Assembly: GCA_028819005.1 (NCBI GenBank)
Contig: JAPPMP010000024.1
Coordinates: forward strand, 85,606 to 149,605
Length of the DNA: 64,000 bases
Source: Acidimicrobiaceae bacterium
Lineage (GTDB): Bacteria; Actinomycetota; Acidimicrobiia; Acidimicrobiales; Aldehydirespiratoraceae
Direction of reading: 5' to 3'
Below are positions 44,573-53,483 of this stretch, in pieces. Below the pieces are notes generated by a model, which did not search any database, was not told where the DNA came from, and saw only the letters and a list, made by a program, of their open reading frames with translations. The translations under genes were made by a program, and so were the position numbers. Within the stretch, counting starts at the first letter, position 1, and each line of letters starts with the position of its first letter.

Positions 44573-45694
44573 ATGGCGCCGATGCAGATCTACGACACCC
44601 ACCGGGGTGCGACCGCCGAGTTCTCACCGGGCCCTGTGGTGACAATGTACGTGTGCGGCATCACTCCCTACGACGCCACGCACCTCGGCCACGCTGCCAC
44701 ATACGTCACCTACGACGTGTTGCAGCGAAGGCTGCGCGACCTGGGGCATGAAACTCGCTGTGTCCGCAACATCACCGACGTCGACGATGACATCCTTGCC
44801 GCTGCCCAACAACGCGGAGTCCACTACCTCGATCTGGCCTTCGGCGAGACGGCTCGCTTCGACAACGATATGGAGGCACTCAACGTGCTCCCGCCATGGT
44901 CGGCGCCGAGGGCAACCGGCGCTGTCCCCGACATCAGGGGGGTGATCGAAACGATCCTGGAGCGTCGAATGGCCTACGTCGTCAACGGCACCGTGTATTT
45001 CGACACTCGGGCTGCCGAAGACTTCGGGTCGCTCGGTTCGTTGGGCCGCGAACGCATGCAACGGCTCGGCTTGGAATGGCGCGAGGATCCCGACGACCCC
45101 CAAAAACGCGACCCCTTGGACTTTCTGATGTGGCGTCCGTCCGGACCCGGCGAGCCTGCTTGGGAATCACGCTGGGGCCCAGGTCGCCCTGGTTGGCATA
45201 TTGAATGCACTGCGTTGGCCCTGCGCGAACTCGGACCGACGATCGATCTCCACGGGGGCGGCATAGATCTGCTCTACCCGCATCATGAGTGCGTCAGGGC
45301 CCAGAGCGAAGCAGCCACCGGCGTACCGTTCGTGAAGCACTGGCTGCACCAGTCGATGGTTTATCTCAACGGTCGCAAGATGTCGAAGTCGACTCAGAAC
45401 CTGGTGTTCGTCCATGAGCTTCGATCTCAATACGACCCGATGGCCATCCGTCTGGCACTGAGCGCCCATCACTATCGCCGCCCTTGGAATTGGAGCGATC
45501 AGTTGATGTCGGATGCTGCAGCGCGTCTTGAACAGTGGCGCAGCACCGGCGCCGGAGACGGGGCGATCGACGAGGTGCGGGCGCATCTCGACGATGACCT
45601 GGATGTACCGGCAGTGCTCAAGGTGATCGACGCAGCTGTGGCGCAGGGTCAAGGCGTCAGCGCCACGGCTGCCCTGATCGGCGTCGTCCTATAA
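44573..45694 (+). CDS. mshC: Cysteine:1D-myo-inosityl 2-amino-2-deoxy-alpha-D-glucopyranoside ligase (mycothiol ligase)
   Basis: 373 aa. MYVCGITPYDATHLGHAATYV, GRPGWHIECTA, KMSKS. Short CysS-like length and a C-terminus typical of MshC rather than CysRS. Confidence 0.82.
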   Translation: MAPMQIYDTHRGATAEFSPGPVVTMYVCGITPYDATHLGHAATYVTYDVLQRRLRDLGHETRCVRNITDVDDDILAAAQQRGVHYLDLAFGETARFDNDMEALNVLPPWSAPRATGAVPDIRGVIETILERRMAYVVNGTVYFDTRAAEDFGSLGSLGRERMQRLGLEWREDPDDPQKRDPLDFLMWRPSGPGEPAWESRWGPGRPGWHIECTALALRELGPTIDLHGGGIDLLYPHHECVRAQSEAATGVPFVKHWLHQSMVYLNGRKMSKSTQNLVFVHELRSQYDPMAIRLALSAHHYRRPWNWSDQLMSDAAARLEQWRSTGAGDGAIDEVRAHLDDDLDVPAVLKVIDAAVAQGQGVSATAALIGVVL

Positions 45695-45695
45695 T
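45690..45695 (+). promoter_or_regulatory. TATAAT -10-like hexamer overlapping the mshC stop
   Basis: A perfect TATAAT, 9 nt before ATG 45705 and 243 nt before the thrS ATG. It is rare in this GC-rich context. Confidence 0.3.
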
Positions 45696-45938
45696 GCCCA
45701 GGCCATGAGCCGGGATCAGGGACAGTTGCAAACCGCCGCGAAGATCCTCCTGCGTCCCGTATTTGCTGCTCTCTGGCGGATCACTGCCGTGGATGCCGCG
45801 GCGCTCGTCGACCGAGGTGCTGAAATCGCCTGCACTGGCGAGTTGGCCTCCGGCGGGCTGATCCTGCCCCGGTGCAAACCGTTGGTGGGCGATTAATGCG
45901 AACTGCGGCCCAGATGGCGCCGGTATCGTTGGCGGCCT

Positions 45939-47924
45939 ATGCCTGATTCGATCTCCGTGGAACTGCTCGACGGTTCCAAGCGACAACTCAGCGCCGGGTC
46001 GTCGGCTGCTGATCTGGCTGCGTCGATAAGTCCTCGACTCGCTTCCGAAGCGCTGACAGCGGTTGTGGACGGCACGGAACAGGACCTCAACGTGGTTTTG
46101 AACGACGGGTCGAGAGTCGAGATCGTCACCCCGCAGTCCGAGGCAGGTCTTCGCACCATCCGTCATTCAACAGCGCACGTGCTGGCCCAGGCGATCCTCG
46201 ACCTGTACCCGGGGACCCAGCTCGCGATCGGCCCGCCGATCGAAAACGGCTTCTACTACGACGTCGAACTTCCCGACGGTCAAGCCCTGTCTGAGGGTGA
46301 TCTGGAGCGGCTCGAGGCGCGCATGGCCGAGATCGTCGCTGAGGATCAACCGTTCGTGCGCCACGAGCTCGACCCCGAACAAGCCGAGGCCTTCTTCGCC
46401 GACGACCCCTACAAGGCCGAGATCATCGAGCGTGTGGCGTCGGGCTCCGCGACAGGTGAAGATTCAGGCGAGGTCGCCGACGCCTCTTCGATCAGCTACT
46501 ACGCCAACGGCGACGTCGACAGAGCCGGCACGTTCCGCGACATGTGCACCGGTCCCCATGTGCCCAGCACCGGCAGGCTCGGGGCTTTCAAGCTCCAGTC
46601 CGTCGCCGGCGCCTATTGGCGGGGCGACGTCTCGCGTCCGATGCTTCAGCGGGTCTACGGCACCGCATGGTCGTCGCGCAAAGAGCTCAAAACCCATCTG
46701 CAGATGCTGGCCGAGGCAGCCAAACGGGATCATCGCCGCCTCGCGGTCGACCTCGATCTCCTCAGCTGGCCCGAGGATCTGGGCCCGGGCCTGGCGGTAT
46801 GGCATCCCAAAGGCGCTCTGGTCCGCAAGCTGATGGAGGACTACAGCCGCAAGCGCCACGAAGAGGGCGGCTACGACTTCGTCTTCACGCCGCATCTGGC
46901 CAAGTCGGTGCTGTGGGAGACCTCCGGACACCTCGATTTCTACGCCGACTCGATGTATCCGCCGATGGAGCTCGACGGCACGTCGTACTACCCCAAGCCG
47001 ATGAACTGCCCGTTCCACGTGATGATCTACCGCTCCGGTCAACGCAGCTACCGGGAACTGCCCCTGCGTCTGTTCGAGTTGGGGGCGGTGTATCGCTACG
47101 AACTGTCGGGGGCGGTCCACGGCTTGATGCGGAGCCGTGGCTTCACCGTGGACGACAGCCACATCTTCTGCGCTCAAGAGGACATCGCAGCTGAGCTCGC
47201 TTCACTGCTCGATTTCGTGCTCAGCGTTCTTCGTGCATTCGGGTTCGACGACTTCGTCGCCAAGCTCTCTACCCGCCCGCCCGACAAGTCGGTCGGCGAC
47301 GACGAACTTTGGGGGCAAGCCACCGACGGCCTGCGCGACGCGCTGGACAACTGCGGGTTGGACTACGTGGTTGATGAGGGCGGGGGAGCCTTCTACGGCC
47401 CCAAGATCGATGTCGATGTGGGCGACGCGATCGGTCGTTCGTGGCAGCTCTCGACTGTGCAACTCGACTTCAACCTCCCGGAGCGCTTCGATTTGGAGTA
47501 CATAGCCTCCGACGGTTCGCGCAAGCGTCCGATGATGATCCACCGGGCCCTGTTCGGATCGGTGGAGCGCTTCTTCGGGGTTTTGCTCGAGCACTATGCC
47601 GGCGCATTTCCCACTTGGCTGGCGCCTACGCAAGTCAGCGTCCTTCCAGTCGCCGCGGTCCACAACGACTACGCCCATTCGGTCGCGGCCCGTCTACGCG
47701 GCGCGGGGGCCCGCGTCGAGGTGACTGATGCGGTTGAGCCGCTCGGCAAACGTGTGCGCTCCGGCAAGGTTCAGAAGATCCCCTACATCCTCGTTGTGGG
47801 TGACGATGACGTGGACAACGACACGGTCGGAGTCAACCGCCGAGGCCAGGACGCCCCGCAGCGCGATGTGCCTGTCGCCGAATTCGCCGACCTGCTCGGG
47901 CCGGAAGCAGCCGGGCCGGTCTGA
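45939..47924 (+). CDS. thrS: Threonine--tRNA ligase
   Basis: 661 aa. TGS N-domain, editing-domain HSTAHVLA, class II core FHVMIYRSGQRSYRELPLRLFELGAVYRYE. Confidence 0.95.
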   Translation: MPDSISVELLDGSKRQLSAGSSAADLAASISPRLASEALTAVVDGTEQDLNVVLNDGSRVEIVTPQSEAGLRTIRHSTAHVLAQAILDLYPGTQLAIGPPIENGFYYDVELPDGQALSEGDLERLEARMAEIVAEDQPFVRHELDPEQAEAFFADDPYKAEIIERVASGSATGEDSGEVADASSISYYANGDVDRAGTFRDMCTGPHVPSTGRLGAFKLQSVAGAYWRGDVSRPMLQRVYGTAWSSRKELKTHLQMLAEAAKRDHRRLAVDLDLLSWPEDLGPGLAVWHPKGALVRKLMEDYSRKRHEEGGYDFVFTPHLAKSVLWETSGHLDFYADSMYPPMELDGTSYYPKPMNCPFHVMIYRSGQRSYRELPLRLFELGAVYRYELSGAVHGLMRSRGFTVDDSHIFCAQEDIAAELASLLDFVLSVLRAFGFDDFVAKLSTRPPDKSVGDDELWGQATDGLRDALDNCGLDYVVDEGGGAFYGPKIDVDVGDAIGRSWQLSTVQLDFNLPERFDLEYIASDGSRKRPMMIHRALFGSVERFFGVLLEHYAGAFPTWLAPTQVSVLPVAAVHNDYAHSVAARLRGAGARVEVTDAVEPLGKRVRSGKVQKIPYILVVGDDDVDNDTVGVNRRGQDAPQRDVPVAEFADLLGPEAAGPV

Positions 47925-47959
47925 GCCTGAGTGCCTGATCCCGATGCTCGTGATCCCTG

Positions 47960-48469
47960 ATGGTTGAGCGCCTCTGGGCCGGTTGGCGGATTCCGGCTGC
48001 CGAAGCCGGCGCCGCGTTGGATGTGCCGGAGGGCAAGACGCTGTTCGAGACCCTGCTCGACAGTGGACTGCCCGATTCGCAGACCTGCATCGTCTGGCGG
48101 GGCGCTCTCTGCTTCGCGGTGCTCAACGTCTACCCGTACGCTCGGGGCCATCTGATGGTGGTGCCCAATCGGCCTGTCACCGCGCTCGACGATCTGACCG
48201 AGGACGAGCACAGCGAACTCTGGGGCGCTGTGCGCAGTGCCACGCTGGCCGTTACAGGCGCCTATCAGCCCCACGGCATCAACGTTGGCGCGAATCTCGG
48301 GCGGGGCTCGGGGGCGGGCGTGCCCGACCATCTCCATGTTCACGTCGTCCCGCGTTTTCGTGGCGACACCAACTTCATGACCTCAGTCGCCAACGTGCGG
48401 GTGATGCCCGAGGCCCTCTCGGACACCTGGAGCCAGATAGTCGCCGCCTGGCCGGCGGACGGTCCTTAG
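47960..48469 (+). CDS. HIT family protein (Ap4A phosphorylase/hydrolase-like)
   Basis: 169 aa. Histidine triad HLHVHVVPR. Same position after thrS as in other actinobacteria. Confidence 0.85.
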   Translation: MVERLWAGWRIPAAEAGAALDVPEGKTLFETLLDSGLPDSQTCIVWRGALCFAVLNVYPYARGHLMVVPNRPVTALDDLTEDEHSELWGAVRSATLAVTGAYQPHGINVGANLGRGSGAGVPDHLHVHVVPRFRGDTNFMTSVANVRVMPEALSDTWSQIVAAWPADGP

Positions 48470-49920
48470 CCCGTTGCCGCTGGGTCGGTTCTGTCGGGTG
48501 AGTCTCTCTGGCCGTGGAAGTTCCAACCCCAGCATGTGATCGCGGCGTCTGCGCGTCGCGCGCAGGAATGGAATGCTCCGGTCGTGATATTCTCGAACGT
48601 TCCTGCTGGCGCGTTCGTCTGACCGTAGGCATTCCATCCCCAGCAGGCGACGGTGTCGTCATCGCGCAGACCGCACGAATGCGATGTTCCGGTCGTGACG
48701 TTTTGGAAACTTCCTGTTGGCGCGTTCGTCTGCCCATAGGCATTCCATCCCCAGCAGGCGACGGTGTCGTCATCGCGCAGACCGCACGAATGCTCATAAC
48801 CGGCGCTCACGAGCAGGAACTCTCCGGCGGGCGCATCAGTTTGACCTCTGTGGTTGTCGCCCCAGCATTCGATGGCGTGGTCGGTGTTGATCGCGCAGGA
48901 GTGGCCCGCACCCGCGCTCACGAGCAGGAACTCTCCGGCGGGCGCATCAGTTTGACCTCTGTGGTTGTCGCCCCAGCATTCGATGGCGTGGTCGGTGTTG
49001 ATCGCGCAGGAGTGGCCCGCACCCGCGCTCACGAGCAGGAACTCCCCGGCGGGTGCAGCGGTTTGACCTCTGTGGTTGTTCCCCCAGCAGGTGATCGTGT
49101 CGTTGGCGCTGATCGCGCAGGAGTGGCCCGCACCCGCGCTGACCATTGAGAACTCTCCGGCGGGTGCATGTGTCTGCCCCCAGAAATCGTCGCCCCAGCA
49201 GGTGATGACCTCATCGGTGCGCACACCGCACGAATGCAGTCCCCCGGCACTGACGGCATTGAACGAAGCGGGGTCGCATATCGGCGTGTCCGGGTCCACG
49301 GCCACATCGGGCTCACCCTGATAGCGGTGGAGGAACGTGACCAGATCGGCGCGTGTCAGGGTCTTGTCGGGTAAGAAGGCGGTCGACGAGGCCCCGGTGG
49401 TTATGCCCCTGTTCGCCAGCCACGAAACGGGGGCGTGCTGCCAGCCTTTGAGCACATCATCAAAGGAATGCGCTCCGGTTGTCGGTTGACCTTCCAACCG
49501 GTACAGAAACGCTGCCAGTTCGGCGCGTGTCAGGGTCTTGTCGGGTGAGAAGGTGGTCGACGAGGTCCCGGTTGTGATTCCGTCGGCTGCCATCCAGGAG
49601 ACCGCATCGTTCTGCGTTTGGACGCCGATGTCCAAAAACGGGTGAGAGGCGGCGTCAGGGTGACCCTCCATGTTCCAGAAGTACAACGCCGTTTCCCCGC
49701 GTGACACCGGAGCCTCCGGGGCGAAGCAATTTCCGGAGATATCGGTGATGTCGTTGTCGATCGACCACTGCACCGCCTCGGTGTAGTAGCGATCCTCGGC
49801 CACGTCACCGTAACCGGCGACCGCTCCCGCGGGAGCCGAAGCCAAAAGCGTCAACGCCCACAGCGAAGGCGTTGCCAAACAGAGCACGAGACCACAGCCA
49901 CCAGTCAACCGAACCCGCAT
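48466..49920 (-). CDS. Secreted protein with three SLH-like domains and a seven-unit RCC1-like beta-propeller
   Basis: ORF 48466..49959 (TTG). ATG 49920 gives the signal peptide MRVRLTGGCGLVLCLATPSLWALTLLASAPAGA. 3x (F.D....W...AVSW....GITTG.....F.PD..LTRAE.A.FL). Then 7x 37-aa units ..SAG..HSC......I.CWG.N..GQT.AP.G.F. Confidence 0.75.
   Translation of the reverse strand: MRVRLTGGCGLVLCLATPSLWALTLLASAPAGAVAGYGDVAEDRYYTEAVQWSIDNDITDISGNCFAPEAPVSRGETALYFWNMEGHPDAASHPFLDIGVQTQNDAVSWMAADGITTGTSSTTFSPDKTLTRAELAAFLYRLEGQPTTGAHSFDDVLKGWQHAPVSWLANRGITTGASSTAFLPDKTLTRADLVTFLHRYQGEPDVAVDPDTPICDPASFNAVSAGGLHSCGVRTDEVITCWGDDFWGQTHAPAGEFSMVSAGAGHSCAISANDTITCWGNNHRGQTAAPAGEFLLVSAGAGHSCAINTDHAIECWGDNHRGQTDAPAGEFLLVSAGAGHSCAINTDHAIECWGDNHRGQTDAPAGEFLLVSAGYEHSCGLRDDDTVACWGWNAYGQTNAPTGSFQNVTTGTSHSCGLRDDDTVACWGWNAYGQTNAPAGTFENITTGAFHSCARRADAAITCWGWNFHGQRDSPDRTDPAATG
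48500..49260. repeat. 111-bp intragenic tandem units (7), encoding 37-aa RCC1-like blades
   Basis: Adjacent units at 48803 and 48914 are essentially identical, with a third at 49025. A second near-identical pair is at 48611 and 48722. Confidence 0.88.
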
Positions 49921-49970
49921 CTTCACTGTCGGCGAACTCAAACCGAATCGCACCGCCAAACACTAGCCGC

Positions 49971-50112
49971 GACGCCGGCGCATCCGCGCAACGATGAGAG
50001 CAGGCCGAAGCCAGGCTCGGCCCGGTGAACGACGAGCAGGCGACGCCGGCGCATCCGCGCAACGATGAGAGCAGGCCGAAGCTAGGCTCGGCCCGGTGAA
50101 CGACGAGCAGGC
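49971..50112. repeat. 71-bp x 2 tandem duplication (70/71 identical)
   Basis: gacgccggcgcatccgcgcaacgatgagagcaggccgaagc[c/t]aggctcggcccggtgaacgacgagcaggc at 49971 and 50042. The second copy contains the GTG start (50096) of the downstream gene. Confidence 0.93.
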
Positions 50113-50644
50113 CGAGCACGCTGCCGAACAGACAGAACGAGATTCAGAAGTCCGCGACTCGCTTCCAGGAGACCTCGACCCCAGTGCGGTCACCGAACCG
50201 TACCTGTTCCCCAACAACAGCAGGCGCCGCATTCCAGCCCTGCTTTACGCGGTGATCGGCGCGGCCTGCATCCTGGCGAGCGCCGTGATCGGCCAAGACA
50301 CACCCGTCGTGAAGGGCTCCTTCGTCAACAACGGAGTGCTCGTAGCCGGGATTGTCCTGATCCTGGTGGGCTTGTACCACGCCCAAGCTGGATGGGACTT
50401 GTCCTTTGACGAAGAGCAGGCGTTGCAAGCAGCTGCCCGCGACGTCGGTTTTCCGGTCGGGCACGCGTCGGCGCAGCTCGGCTGGCGAGGTCTGCGCAGT
50501 CGACCCACCTGGAAGGTGCTTCTCTACAGCAACGAGCCCTCCCCCAAACACAGAGGGCTGGTGCTGGTCGACGGCATCGACGGTGAGATCATCGAGCGGT
50601 TCGTCGAACAGAACCCCGAAGACTGGACCGACTCCCGCAACTGA
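50096..50644 (+). CDS. Hypothetical two-TM membrane protein
   Basis: 182 aa, GTG start. TM segments IPALLYAVIGAACILASAVIG and VLVAGIVLILVGLY. No family recognised. Confidence 0.5.
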   Translation: MNDEQAEHAAEQTERDSEVRDSLPGDLDPSAVTEPYLFPNNSRRRIPALLYAVIGAACILASAVIGQDTPVVKGSFVNNGVLVAGIVLILVGLYHAQAGWDLSFDEEQALQAAARDVGFPVGHASAQLGWRGLRSRPTWKVLLYSNEPSPKHRGLVLVDGIDGEIIERFVEQNPEDWTDSRN

Positions 50645-50705
50645 GCCTGCTCCCGCAATTGGGCTCGTGCTGCTATCGTGAAATGATCCCCGCGAGGAGC
50701 GTTTC

Positions 50706-51401
50706 ATGTTCGATGGAAACTGGCGCACGGCCGTTGACCGCAGCCTCACCCCGATCGGCCACAGCCTGCGTCGCACTGGCCTCACCCCTGACGTCATAAC
50801 AATCGCCGGGATAGTCATGGCGACTGTCGCCGCAGTGACGATCGGCGCGGGCTACCTCCGAGTCGGCCTGCTGTTCCTGCTGATGACAGGCCTCTCAGAC
50901 GCTCTCGACGGAGCGGTCGCCCGCGCGGCCGACTCCGGCTCCGACCGGGGCGCATACTTCGATTCAGTCTCCGACCGGCTGACCGACGCCCTCCTTTTCG
51001 GTGGAGTCGCCTGGCACCTTGCCAGCATCGAGCCGGGTCGAATCATGATGTTGCCGGTGGCCATCATGGGCTTGTCGATGTTCGTCTCGTACCAGCGCGC
51101 CAAAGCCGAGTCGCTCGGCTATGAAGCCAAGGGCGGGATCATGGAACGGGCCGAGCGCGTCATCATGCTTGCCCTGGCCCTGCTGTTCCCCGAGATCCTC
51201 ATACCGATCCTGTGGATCATGCTCGCCCTCACCGGAGTCACCGCGCTGCAACGCTTCGTCAAGGTGTGGCGCCAGGCTTCGGTGGACCGGCCCCTGCCGG
51301 CCCGCCGGCCTCGGCGCCGGCCTCGCCAAGGTTCGCGCCGGCGCAACGAGTCGGTCTGGGCTCAGCGAGTGCGCGAACGCCGGACACTGCGCGAGGGCTG
51401 A
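50706..51401 (+). CDS. pgsA1: CDP-alcohol phosphatidyltransferase, phosphatidylinositol(-phosphate) synthase type
   Basis: 231 aa. DALDGAVAR...G...D...D motif (SDALDGAVARAADSGSDRGAYFDSVSDRLTD). SD GAGGAG upstream. Conserved thrS-HIT-pgsA-acyltransferase-pimA synteny. Confidence 0.85.
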   Translation: MFDGNWRTAVDRSLTPIGHSLRRTGLTPDVITIAGIVMATVAAVTIGAGYLRVGLLFLLMTGLSDALDGAVARAADSGSDRGAYFDSVSDRLTDALLFGGVAWHLASIEPGRIMMLPVAIMGLSMFVSYQRAKAESLGYEAKGGIMERAERVIMLALALLFPEILIPILWIMLALTGVTALQRFVKVWRQASVDRPLPARRPRRRPRQGSRRRNESVWAQRVRERRTLREG

Positions 51402-51403
51402 CC

Positions 51404-52312
51404 GTGGCTTCGGTCTCCGCCTATCGGGCGGGGTCTCTGCTGGCCCGCCACGTTCCGGTTGCAGTGCAGAACGCCGCAGCGCGCGCCGTGGGGGCTGCTT
51501 CGGCGAGCACAGGGCAGAAGCGGCTGGTCGCGGCTCGCAATCTCGAGCGCGCGCTCGGGCGGCGCATGTCGCCTTCAGAGACGCGTCGCCGCGTCGCCAA
51601 GACCTTCGAATGGTACGCCCGCTACTACGCGGAGAGTTTCCGCCTGCCCAGTGTGCCGGTGGAAGAAGTCGATCGGGGATTCGGTTTTGAAGGGTTCGGC
51701 GAGATAGCCGCTGCAGTCGAACGCGGCCAAGGACCGATTCTGGCTCTGCCCCACCTCGGAACCTGGGAGTGGGCGGCCTGGTGGCTGGCCCTCGTGCCCG
51801 AATTCAAGGTCACCGCGGTTGTCGAACCGTTGGAGCCGCCAGAATTGTTCGAGTGGTTCGCCGGGTTCCGCGAGTCGCTGGGAATGAACATCGTGCCCCT
51901 CGGAGCGGACGCCGCGAAGGCCGCCATCCAAGCCTTGAAACAGGCTCAAGTGCTGTGTCTGCTAGCAGACCGGGACATTCAGGGCAATGGCGTCCCGGTC
52001 GAGTTCTTCGGCGAGAGGACCACCCTGCCCGCCGGACCGGCAACCTTGGCTCTCAGAACCGGGGCGCCGCTGATTCCCTCGGCCGTGTACTGGCGCGACA
52101 ACACCCGCCATGCCATTTGCACACCGCCGCTCGACACTACACGACATGGCAGGCTTCGAGCGGACGTCGCCCGGGTCACCCAGGATCTGGCGAGGGACTT
52201 CGAATATCTGATATCTCAGGCGCCCGAGCAATGGCACATGCTTTCGCCCAACTGGCCCAGCGATTACGAACTGCTCGGCTTGCCCCTGCCCGAGCACTTG
52301 CGGGAACTCTGA
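51404..52312 (+). CDS. Lauroyl/myristoyl (HtrB/LPLAT) family acyltransferase, PIM acyltransferase PatA-like
   Basis: ORF 51212.. trimmed to GTG 51404, 2 nt after the pgsA stop. ...PHLGTWEWAAWW... family pattern. Position between pgsA and pimA. Confidence 0.78.
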   Translation: MASVSAYRAGSLLARHVPVAVQNAAARAVGAASASTGQKRLVAARNLERALGRRMSPSETRRRVAKTFEWYARYYAESFRLPSVPVEEVDRGFGFEGFGEIAAAVERGQGPILALPHLGTWEWAAWWLALVPEFKVTAVVEPLEPPELFEWFAGFRESLGMNIVPLGADAAKAAIQALKQAQVLCLLADRDIQGNGVPVEFFGERTTLPAGPATLALRTGAPLIPSAVYWRDNTRHAICTPPLDTTRHGRLRADVARVTQDLARDFEYLISQAPEQWHMLSPNWPSDYELLGLPLPEHLREL

Positions 52313-53382
52313 TGCGCATCGGATTGATCTGCCCGTACAGCCTGACCATGCCCGGCGGGGTCCAGTCGCAGGTGTTGGCGCTGGCTCGGGCGTTGCGGCG
52401 CCGCGGTCACGCGGTGAGGGTGTTGGCTCCGTGCGACGGGCCACCACCGGACGCGGGGGTCACGCCTCTGGGTCTGAGTCTGCCGGCTTCGGCGAACGGA
52501 TCGGTTGCCCCGGTCGCGCCGGACCCATCGGCTCAGCTCAGGGTCATCCGGGCGATGCGAGATGAAGCTTTCGACGTCATTCACCTGCATGAACCGCTTG
52601 CCCCAGGTCCGACGACGACTGCTTTGCTGACCCGCCCAGCGCCGTTGATCGGCACCTTCCATGCCGCGGGCCGGTCGCTGTCCTATGAGCTGATGTCCAA
52701 GGCGGTGCGCTATCTCGCTCGTCGCCTCGACGATCGTGTCGTGGTTTCCGAGGATGCCCGCAAGCTCGCTATGGAACATCTCGGTGGTGACTACCACATC
52801 CTATTCAACGGGATCGAGGTGAGCCGCTATCGGAAGAGCCCGGCCTACGCAACTGGTCAACCGACGATCCTGTTCATCGGTCGGCACGAACAACGCAAAG
52901 GACTGCAAGTTCTGCTTGAGGCGGTGAAGCTGCTTGGTTCGGAGGTGCGGGTATGGATAGCCGGCAGCGGCCCTGAGACGCAGAGGCTCAAGACACAGTA
53001 CGGCGCCGATCTGAGGCTGGAGTGGCTGGGATCGATTGACGAGACTGAGAAGATCGCCCGCCTGCGCGGGGCAGACGTCTTCTGCGCGCCTTCCCTGTTC
53101 GGCGAGTCCTTCGGGCTGGTGCTGCTCGAGGGGATGGCGGCGGGCACGCCCGTTGTCGCCTCTGACATCGGCGGTTACGCCAACGCGGCCAGGCATGGAC
53201 GCGACGCGCTCCTGTTTCCCGCCGGCGACCACCGGGCACTGGCCGGCGTCATCGGCGAGTTGCTGCGAGACCCCGACAGAGCGGCTGGACTTGTCGCCTC
53301 AGCCAACGAGAGAGCCGATGAGTTCTCCATGGCCCGGTTGGCGGATCTCTACGTCGAACGTTACGCGGCGCTACTGCGCTGA
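52312..53382 (+). CDS. pimA: GT4 glycosyltransferase, phosphatidylinositol alpha-mannosyltransferase PimA-like
   Basis: ORF 51769.. trimmed to ATG 52312 (TGATG overlap). MRIGLICPYSL..PGGVQSQV and ESFGLVLLEGMAAGTPVVASDIGG (E-x7-E). Confidence 0.85.
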   Translation: MRIGLICPYSLTMPGGVQSQVLALARALRRRGHAVRVLAPCDGPPPDAGVTPLGLSLPASANGSVAPVAPDPSAQLRVIRAMRDEAFDVIHLHEPLAPGPTTTALLTRPAPLIGTFHAAGRSLSYELMSKAVRYLARRLDDRVVVSEDARKLAMEHLGGDYHILFNGIEVSRYRKSPAYATGQPTILFIGRHEQRKGLQVLLEAVKLLGSEVRVWIAGSGPETQRLKTQYGADLRLEWLGSIDETEKIARLRGADVFCAPSLFGESFGLVLLEGMAAGTPVVASDIGGYANAARHGRDALLFPAGDHRALAGVIGELLRDPDRAAGLVASANERADEFSMARLADLYVERYAALLR

Positions 53383-53483
53383 GACCGCGCTGAGTTGGGT
53401 GAGCGCCGGTATTCTGAGGCGCACGACGAACCGACCCGCGGCCCGCATTACGGCGGACTGACAGATTTTGCGGAGAGTACCCC

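Noticed and set aside
45695-45938. T-box riboswitch upstream of thrS
   Set aside because: The only candidate, TTGGTGGGCGATT, matches the conserved GGGTGGTACCGCG T-box sequence poorly. No specifier-loop or terminator architecture is evident.
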